From: the human T2T-CHM13v2.0 reference genome, Homo sapiens
Strand: one strand, 5' to 3'
Length of the DNA: 64,000 nucleotides
Assembly (NCBI RefSeq): GCF_009914755.1
Contig: NC_060932.1
A model generated the notes under the pieces. The model ran no database searches, was not told the DNA's origin, and saw only the letters and a list, made by a program, of their open reading frames with translations. A program made the translations under genes and the position numbers. Below are positions 46,698 to 64,000 of the stretch, piece after piece. How positions within the stretch are numbered: position 1 is the stretch's first letter; each line of letters begins with the position of its first letter.

Positions 46698-47675
46698 CTG
46701 AGATGGAGTCTCACTCAAGTGATCCTCCCACCTCAGCCCCCCAAGTAGCTGGGACTACAGGTATGCACCACCACGCCCAGCTAATTTTTGTATTTTTTGG
46801 TAAAGATGGGGTTTCCCCATGTTGGCCAGGCTGGTCTCAAACTCCTGATCTCAAGTGATCTGCCTGCCTCAGCCTCCCAAAGTGCTGGGATTACAGGAGG
46901 GAGCCACTGCGCCCGGCCCACATTGTCAATATTTAATGCCCATAGTTTATATTAGGGTTCACTCTTGGTGGTGTACATCCTATGGGTTTGGAGAAATGTA
47001 TAATGACATGTGACCACAATTACAGTATCTTGCAGAGTCTTTTCATTGTCCGAAAAAGCCTCTGTGCTCTGCCTATTCATTCCTCCCTACCCCAACCCCT
47101 GACAACCACTGATCTTTTTACTGTCTCCATAGTTTTGCCTTTTCCAGAATATTACATACTTGGAATCATACACAATGTAGCCTTTTCAGATTGGATTATT
47201 TCACTTAGTAATATGCATTTAAGTTTCCTCCATGTCTTTTTATGACTGGATAGCTCATTTCTTCTTAACACTGAATAATATTCCCTTGTCTGGATGTACC
47301 ACGATTTATCCATTCACTTACTGAAGGACATCTTGGTTGCTTCCAAGTTCTAAGTAAAGCTGCACATTTGTGTGCAGGTTTTTTTGGTGAACGTAAAGTT
47401 TTCAACTCATTTGAGTAAATACCAAAAAACAAGATTGCTGGATCATATGGTAAGAGTATGATTTAGTTTTGTAAGAAACTGCCAAACTGTCTTCCAATGT
47501 GGCTGTACCATTTTCCATTCCCACCAGCAATGGGGTTCCTGGGTTCCTGTTGCTCTACATCCTCACGAGCATTTGGTGTCAGTGTTCTGGATTTTAGTTA
47601 ATTCTAATGGTGTGTAGTGGTATCTCGTGGTTGTTTTTAATTTGGAATTCCCTGATGATACATGATATTGAATCA
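46466..47675 (-). mobile_element. L1MC1-type 3' portion containing an internally deleted Alu (46681-46918) with (CT)n(AT)n(T)n tail
   Basis: catagtttatattagggttcactcttggtg...; flanked by CACTGCTTTTTA at 46454 and 47676. Confidence 0.85.
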
Positions 47676-47872
47676 CACTGCTTTTTAGTGCTTGATTTTA
47701 ATCCAATACTAAATTTATGTATATAGTTGTACATAAACATGCCTCTCTATATGAAGTTTATGATATTATAGCTGAGAAATGGAATTATTGGTGGCTTTTA
47801 TTGTCTTTATACTTATTGCATTTTGCTCCTGTGCATGTAACAGATTACAAGCTTTATTAAGATTTTCAGAGG

Positions 47873-51167
<3,295 letters not shown>

Positions 51168-51264
51168 TAGAATTCCTTAGATAAATACACACACAAATTT
51201 AGATCTATTAGCTTCCACTTGGTCAATAATCCTGTAGTAGTAGAGAAAGATAAATGTTCTCTTC

Positions 51265-51756
51265 TCATCAAAGTTCCCCAACTCCTTTGTCATTGTGTTG
51301 GGAAACTCCTCCTCCAATTCCACATGGTCCTGATGGGGCTGTCACCCCCACCACTATAGAGACAGCCCTAAGACCCAGGCCTGGCCAAAGCCATCTCCCC
51401 AGCCTCAGTGATGGCTGAGGGAGGCTGCAGTCATAGGCTCCAAAGAAGACCAACCAGTATCTTCTCTGAGGTTGATACACAAACACTGGGAAAGAGACGT
51501 TTGTTTTCTGAGTTGCTAGGCTGAGAAGATAGAGCTATCAGGGACACTCTTGGCCACCATTTCTGGAGGCTCTGTCTGTAGAATAAAGCGAAGCAGAGCT
51601 GGGAACGGGAGCCAGAACCTCGTGACCTTCTTTGAGCTCCTGCCTCCAGCTGTTCTGAAGCCAGTCCCCACCCCTAGACTCTCCTGTTTTATAAACCAGC
51701 AACTCTCTTTTAGTTTACACTAGTTTTATTTGCAACCCATAATAGGCCTAATACAA
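51265..51756 (+). mobile_element. MLT1K/L-type MaLR LTR
   Basis: gacccaggcctggccaa...tttgagctcctgcctccagctgttctgaagccag...ttgcaacc...ctaataca. Confidence 0.6.
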
Positions 51757-52959
51757 AGTGGGTCCAACTTGAAATGTGGAGAAACAGGTGGATGTTTGGG
51801 AACATTAAAAATATGTGTATTCCTAGAGCTCAGGAAGCGGAGGCTGCAGTGAGCTGTGATTGCGCTACTGCACTCAGGTGGCAGAGCGAGACTCTGATTT
51901 TTTTTTAAGTGTACTCTAACCTGAAATTTCTTTTTGAAGACTAGGAAGATTTTGCCACTGATCTCAAAACAGTTCTGTCAAGTAAAATACCATCTTTATT
52001 CTAAATAGAAATCATATTTCCCCTTAATTTTTTGTTAGCTGCTTAAATTACTTCCCCTCTTTCAGCAAGAGAATAAACTAAAATGTATAAACTGTGCTGT
52101 TGTTCCCTTGCTGTATTCTCCCCCAAGACTGTTGACATTCCTTATGCTGAATTATAGCTGAAAATCACTTTCGTCTTCTGACCTCCTGGATTGATGTCGG
52201 AAAGAGAAATATTACTTGTATCCTAAGAAACCTGGAAGTGAGTTAAACAGTCATTCTCAAACCTGGCTCTGGATCAGAATCAGCTGGGGGAGTTTCATTC
52301 CCCTAAAATATGAAGTCTGCCCTCATTCCAAATCTCACTGGAAAGAGATTGAGTTGAATTTATCCAACATTCAGCAATGCTCTATTTAACAAAGTCATAT
52401 TTTTTTTCCTGAAGAGACAGAGATGTAAAACAATATCTCCTTGCTTTGAGCTCCTGAAAGTCTCTCTTCAACTTTGTGAATAAAGCAAACACTTTGGCCA
52501 TCTAAAAATTTGAACTAGAGGTATAATTTTAGGAACATCAAAATGGGAATAAATTGGAATTTGATATTTGAACTTAAGGTTCAGAACTTTTGTTGGTTTA
52601 ATCATTAGACAAACATTTATAACAGGAAATATGCAAGCAACTGCGGATAAAAGCAGAAAGACATATTGTTTACCTCAAGTCCAAAATCAAGTAAATTTCC
52701 ATGACTTAAGTCAAATTTCCAGAAGTATTGTTATTTTTGCTCCTGTTTAGTTATATGTATTGACACTCAATTCTTCTTATGTACTACAGAAGGCAACGTT
52801 TTCCAAGAAATTCTTATCTGTTCTAGAAACTACGTTCATAGCTAGGAATTATCTCTAAAGGTCTTTAACATTACTTCTTAGGAAAAAAATATGTTCAAGG
52901 AAAATTAGAATGTATTGTAGTCTAAATCCATAAGAAATTGCCTTGAGTGGTCTATTCTG

Positions 52960-53695
<736 letters not shown>

Positions 53696-53696
53696 T

Positions 53697-54471
53697 TGTA
53701 CTAGTTTGCTAGGGTTGTTGTAATAAAGTACCACAAACTGGATGGCTTAAACAATAGACATTTATTTTCTCACAGCTCTGGAAGCTAGAAGTCCAAGATC
53801 AAGGTGCGGGCAGGGTTGTTGTCCTGTGAAGACTGAGAGGGTAGGGTCTGTCCCAAGCCTCTCTTTGGTTTATAGATGACCATCTTCACATTCTTCCTGT
53901 ATCTTCACATCTTCTTCCCTTTGTGTATGTCTCTGTGTTCAAATTTCCCTGTTTATAAGAACACCAGGCTGAGTACAGTAGCTCATGCCTGTAGTCCCAG
54001 CACTTTAAGAGCCTGAGGTGGGTGGATCACTTGAGTCCAGGAGTTCAAGACCAGCCTGGGTGACATGGCAAAACCCCATCTCTACAAAAAAATTAACCAG
54101 GCATGGTGGTGCCCACCTGTAGTCTCAGCTACTCAGGAGGTTGAGGTGGGAGGATTGCTTGAGCCAGGGAGTCGAAGGCTGCAGTGAGCTGAGATTGTGC
54201 CACTGTACTCCAGCCTGGGCAACAGAGCAAGACCCTGTTCCCCCACCCAAAAAAGAAAGAATACCAGTCCCACTGCATTAGAGCCTGTTCTAATGACTTC
54301 ATAATAACTTGATTAACTCTGTAAAGACTTTGTCTCCAGATAAGATCACATTCTGAGGTACTAGGTGTTAGACTTCAACACAAAATTGAAGGGCATAGCC
54401 AGGGACCACACGGACTAATGGAGAAGGCATCTCACTTCAAATTTGAAGGGCACACAGTTCAACCCACAACA
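53697..54471 (-). mobile_element. MLT1B-type LTR containing an AluJ-like element (+, 53967-54260)
   Basis: taccacaaactggatggcttaaacaa...agtccaagatcaaggtg...cacattctgaggtact...acagttcaacccacaaca. Confidence 0.82.
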
Positions 54472-54599
54472 TCTTTCTAGGACAAAAGGATCCCAATGTA
54501 GATAATGTGATATCAGCTGGAATGTTGGGTCCTGAGTGTATATATATATATATGAATTTATATATAATTATAATTATTTATATATTATATACATAAAAT

Positions 54600-55250
54600 A
54601 CTTGCTAGAAATATTCTAGAGCTTTGTTCTGCAATGTAGTCTGGTTATGTGGGAAGAGTGTAATCCTCTTGAGACTTGCTTTTTATGTTTTTTTAGAGAA
54701 TTCATTAAGGATTAATTTTTCCTCAATAATAGGCAATGCTTTCTGAATATTCCACCCTATGCCCCCTGAATTGCACGGTTTTGCATTCTGGCTGGAGGAA
54801 CACAAGCTCTTCCCAGCTTTGTGTGATCTCTGCCTATCGCTCATTTTGGTTGGTTCCTTCCCCAGCTTCACAGCCCCCACACATGCTGAAGCCGCACTGG
54901 CTGCCCTCTGAGATCCCTGGGGCCCTCTTTCTAGAAAGCCCTCTCCTCTTTAGTACTCCCACCTGAGGACTCCAGTCACCCTGGGCCTCCCTGGACTTCC
55001 GGCTTTGTCTCCCCAGGTCAGGAGGATGGCTGGGCTACGCCTGCTTCCCTGCGATCCAGCAGTGAAGCAGGTGTAGGGCTCACTCCATCTGTTTTCCTTC
55101 GTTCAGTGACTGATGCCCTTTTTTGCTTGCTAGCCAGTGTTTTGAAAATTATTGTTTCATATATTTCATCTGAGTTTTTAGTTCTTTCAGGCTTTTTAGT
55201 TCTTTAAATCCAGTCCCCGTTGCTTCATCTCGGCTCGATATAGAAGTTTG
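54600..55250 (-). mobile_element. Old L1M 5'-region remnant
   Basis: Similar to 8370-9048 and 1330-1770. Confidence 0.5.
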
Positions 55251-55361
55251 TAATTAAAAACATGCCCTCTGAAATGGAGTCCTCATTGTCAGACAGACAG
55301 TGAGTGATTAGGTCTCAATGCCCCATTTAGCACCTTCCTCGTGCACCACACCCAGTGCCAA

Positions 55362-55810
55362 CTGTGTTGATTTGGGTCCTCCAGGAAGCAGACACTGGAG
55401 TTAGGAGGGCAAGAGGTTTGTTAGGGGAGTAAGTTTGTGAAAGACAGAGGAAGAGGATTGGGCTAAGAAAACCAAACAATGATGCAGATCTGAAACCTGG
55501 GAAGGTAAAGAAGAGGCAAATTTGGGCAGACAGAGCTTTGGACTGGAAGGCAGATCTGACAAATTCTCGCCAGCCAATGTGAAGGTTTAGAGCAAGGATT
55601 ACGTGTTAGAGAAGTGCCACGCTGAGCAGAAATGGCCAGGCCCCCACCATGCTCAGTCATTGGCTGGGGGCTGTGTGGAAGAAGTGTGGCCATGGCTCTG
55701 AAACTGAGGCAGATCCCACAGCAGCTGCCGCACTGCCTGCAGCTTTCCAGCAAGTTCTTTCATGGAGGCAGGGCAAGGCAGGTCCCCACAGCTGCTGCAC
55801 TCGCCTCACA
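55362..55810 (-). mobile_element. LTR33/LTR16-type ERVL LTR
   Basis: gggtcctccaggaagcagac...ggattgggc...gctcagtcattggctgggggctg. Confidence 0.6.
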
Positions 55811-55996
55811 CTCACTCAAGACACTTTTTTCTTATACTAGAATGTGTATATTTCAACAGACCAGAAAATGGAAAACAATATGTGTGGAGTTCACTAATTC
55901 AAATAGAAAGCAAAGGAATGACTATTTGGAACCTGCTTGAACTCACCAAAAACAAGCCACACCAGAACAACCAGTATCTCCTTTCTAAATTTACAT

Positions 55997-56338
55997 GGCA
56001 GTTCCCTCTTATCCACGGGGGATACGTTCCAAGACGCTCAGTGAATTGCTGAAACTGCCAATAGTACCAAATCCCTTATATACTATGCTTTTTCCTACAT
56101 AGACATACCTATGATAAAGTTTAACTTCTAAATTAGGCACAGTAAGAGATGAACAATCATCACTAATAATAAAATAGGCCAATTACAACAATATACTGTA
56201 ATAAAAGTTATTTGTGAATGTGGTCTCTCTCTCTCTCAAAATATTTTATTGTATTGTACTCACCTATTTTTAGACCTATTTTTGACTGTGGGCAACTGCA
56301 AATATGGGAATCAAAACCATTAATAAGGGGGGCTACTG
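55997..56338 (-). mobile_element. MER44A-type (Tigger7-derived) DNA transposon
   Basis: Inverted ends cagttccctcttatcc / ataaggggggctactgTA; aaattaggcacagtaagaga core. Confidence 0.85.
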
Positions 56339-56454
56339 TATAGAAAGATGACCCGAGTGATAGTAGCATGATGTTTGATAGTAGTTACAATGCTTAAATA
56401 ATATGCTGAGCTGAAGACACTAAATGAGATAATAAATGGTATGCTGTAGGCTTA

Positions 56455-57032
<578 letters not shown>

Positions 57033-57473
57033 AATGTTTTTTGAGCTTGTTTTCAACAGCAAACACTTTCTCCTAATGCAAACGTCTATAGAATATCAAT
57101 ATGAAATATACTCACGTGTGCCCCTGAGGTAACTGCATGAAACTCCTAAAGCTCTGAGAAACAGCTTGAAAATCCTTGCTCTAAACCACAGAGCAAGTTC
57201 TATTCTCTTTTGTATCTTAGACTATTTGAAGTGGTAAGATCAGTTCTGGTTACTACACTTTAAAGCATCTTTGAAAATCTTGACCCTACAAAAGAATGAT
57301 GCAAGGATTTGAAAATGTATCATATTAAAAACCAGTAAAGGAAATGTTTTCCTCACTGTGTCATGAAATATGTTCTTGAAATATGTTCTCAAAACACCTG
57401 AAAATATATGGAAAAGAAACCAGGACTTATTCCGTGTTTCCAGAAGACAGAACTAGAAAAAAGAGATAGTGTG

Positions 57474-57914
57474 TGTGTGTTTGTTAGGGCTGCTATAACA
57501 AAGTAGTTCAAACTGGATGACTTAAAAGAAACCAGACATTTATTGTCTCACAGTTCTGGAGGCTGGAAGTCCATGATCAAGGTGTCAGCAGAATCATGTT
57601 CTCTCCCACAGCTCTAGGGAAGAACATTTCCCTGCCTCTTCCAGCCTCTGATGTTCCCAGCAATCCCTGGCATTTGCTGGCTTGTTGATACATCACCCCA
57701 TGACTGCATGGTCTTCTCCCCATGTGTCTGAGTCTCTTCTCCAATTCTTAGGACACCAGTTATATTGGATTAAGGCCACATTCTACTTCGGTATAACCTC
57801 ACCTCAACTAATGACATCTGCAATGACTCTATTTCCAAATAGGGTCACAATTTGAGGTACTGGGAGTTAAGACTTCAACACATCTTATTGGAGGACATGA
57901 TTCAATCCGTAATA
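57474..57914 (-). mobile_element. MLT1C-type solo LTR
   Basis: agggctgctataacaaag...catttattgtctcacagttctggaggctggaagtcc...aggtactgggagttaagacttcaaca. Confidence 0.85.
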
Positions 57915-57949
57915 GATAGTATGAAGGCAGATTTCAGTTCTGAAAAAAA

Positions 57950-59661
<1,712 letters not shown>

Positions 59662-59667
59662 AATTGT

Positions 59668-60975
59668 GTTTTTTTTTTAATTGAGGTATAATGTACAATA
59701 ATCTACAAATAAAGTGTATAATTTGATGAGATTGACATATACCTCTGTGAAACCAAGACAATCAAGATAATGAACATATGTATCATTCCCAAAAGTTTGT
59801 TTCTTCCCCTTTGTAATCTCCCCTTCCCGCCATCCCATTTCCCTATGCAAACATTTATCTGATTCTGTCACTGTAACTAAGGATGCATTTTCTAAAATTT
59901 TATGTAAATAAAGCCATACAGGATGTATGCTTTTTGGCCTGGCTATATTCACTCAGCATAACCGAGATTTATCAGGATTCATCAACTTCATTACATGTAT
60001 CAATAGTTTGTTCCTATTTTATGACTGAATATTATTCCATTGTATGGAGAGTTGCTTATCTGTTCACCTATTGATGGACATTTGGGATGTTTCTAGTTTG
60101 GGCAGATTACATAAAACATAAAATGTTTTATGTTTCATATAAACATTAGTGTACAAGGCCTTTTGTGGACATATGCTTTCTTTTCTCTTGGGCAAATAGC
60201 TAGGTGTGAAATGGCTGATTTGTATAGTAGGTATGTGCATAACTTTTAAAGAAACTGCCAAATTATTTTCCAAAGTGGTTATACAATTCTAAATTCCCAC
60301 CTGCAGTGTAGGAGAGTTTCCATTGCTCCACATCCTTGCCACAACTTGGTATGGTCAATGCAGTGGGTGTGTAGTGGTATCTCATCATTGTTTTTATCAT
60401 TGTTTTTATTTGTATTTTGCTAAGGACTAAAGGTGTTAAGCAGCATTCCACGTGTTTGTTTGCCATTCCTATATTCTCTTTGGTTACATATCAGTTCGAG
60501 TAAAAAACAAAATCACCCATTACTTCATTGGGTTTTGTTACTGAATTTTAAGTTCTTTAAAAATTATAAATATATCCTTTATCAGATATATTTGCAAAGA
60601 TATTGTCTTGTTTTCATAGTTTGTCTTTTGAAGAACCTGTTTCAAATTTTGATGCGTCCAACTCATTCTTTTAGAATTTGTGTCATAGTTAAGAAATCTT
60701 TGTCAAATCCAAGACCTCAGATTTTCTCCTTTTTGAAGTTTTATTGTTTTTGCTCTCAATTTAGGTCTATGATTCATTTTGGGCTAATTCTGTATACAGT
60801 GTTAGGTAAGATTTTTGTTTTTTGCATACGGCTTTCCAAATGTTCTAATGCCTTTCGTTCGATGGAGTATTGCTTCACCCACAAGTGCCTTGGCATCTTT
60901 TTTTGAAAATCAATTGACCGTATTTCTGGACTCTCTATTCTGTTCCACTATGTCTATCTTTATTCCAGTAGTTCA
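59668..60975 (-). mobile_element. L1MD/ME-type LINE-1 3' portion
   Basis: ORF2-end remnant IKTMMRYHYTPT...GKDVEQWKLSYTAGGN in the ORF track; ttttaattgaggtataa terminus. Confidence 0.82.
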
Positions 60976-61184
60976 TATTATAATCAATTCAAGCCATCAT
61001 CCTTTGTCTGGATTACTGAAAAAGCCTCTTGGGTTCTGCTCCCATCCCCACATCCCCAGCTCTGTGACTCTTCCAATCCATTCTCCAGACTACAGCCAAG
61101 GCCAAGGTAATTTGTCCAAAGTGCAAATCTCATTCCACCAGTCCCTTTGCCCACACAATATTAAGTCAAAACTTTATAACATGG

Positions 61185-63285
<2,101 letters not shown>

Positions 63286-63804
63286 CCATCTTTATGCATG
63301 ACAGTACTTTTCACAGACATGTTTCTTTGATAATCAGAAACTATCTGCACCTCTTAAGGCTTGTCACATTTTATATGATATGCTTTTCTATTTATTATCT
63401 CCCTTATTACATATGCCCTTTGAAGATATATACCTCATCTGCCATCCTTCTTGGCATATGAAAGGCACACAATAATTATCTGCTTAATGCTGGTTTTTAA
63501 ACTCTATGTCAGGTTTACCTTTATGATTTTATGGTTCCTGAGATGTATTTAGTTTAAAACAATTAATTTGTGACAAGCAATTTGCCTCAGAGATAAAGAT
63601 ATGAGAAACACCTATAAAAAAAGCCAAAACCAATGAAGAATGATTAATGATTTATTTAAAAGTAGTTTTCTCAAACTCTCTGGGATAGAAAGAGCAGGGT
63701 CCTGTTATACATTTTACTCAGGTGGTGGTTCTGGATATATGTTTCAAAATAGCTAGCACCTAAGTTTCTTTGAGAAAGCTAGGATAAAAATACAAGCATA
63801 ACCA

Positions 63805-63960
63805 AGTTAATTCAATACACACTTATTAAATGCCTATGTGCTACAGGTACTGTATACTAGGTACTGTGTGCTACGTGCTGGGGACACAAACACAATTGCA
63901 ACACTGTCCCTACTGTTAAAAAGTTCAGGATAGATGACTGGTAGGGAGAGAAGAAAGGAC
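63805..63960 (-). mobile_element. L2 3' end
   Basis: attcaatacacacttattaaatgcctatgtgctacaggtactg...tgctggggacaca. Confidence 0.7.
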
Positions 63961-64000
63961 AAGGATGATAACCTTTCAGCTACCTTTGAACTAGACCTTT

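Noticed and set aside
63600-64000. Possible end of the long UBE2W 3'UTR (minus-strand AATAAA ~63650)
   Set aside because: Rests only on recalled gene order; AATAAA is common in AT-rich DNA and no diagnostic sequence is recognisable

Overview
Primate (very probably human) genomic DNA, dense in Alus (roughly 60 copies or fragments) plus old L1, L2, MIR, MaLR/ERVL LTRs and Tigger/MER DNA transposons. The only gene I can support is the 5' end of STAU2 (Staufen 2) on the minus strand. It has a CpG-island promoter (~23.3-25.1 kb) with two candidate first exons (donors after 24846 and 24242), a 113-nt 5'UTR exon (17205-17317) whose acceptor lies in an MLT1 LTR, and a 66-nt exon (15733-15798) ending in ATG-CTT-CAA-ATA-AAT-CAG (MLQINQ, recalled as the N-terminus of the 59-kDa STAU2 isoform). 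Positions 1-15732 are intronic and >25.2 kb is upstream/intergenic. Nearly all ORFs in the supplied track are Alu, L1 or GC-rich artefacts, and I see no new multi-gene system. The most unusual items are a ~200-bp hairpin at 33.25-33.45 kb plus a second inverted 49-bp insert, both matching one local segment at 34.8-35.0 kb; a splice-dependent uORF whose stop lands 1 nt before the MLQINQ ATG; and a dense bZIP motif cluster at 31.9 kb. Repeat subfamily names and gene identity are from memory and by-eye alignment; repeat boundaries are approximate.
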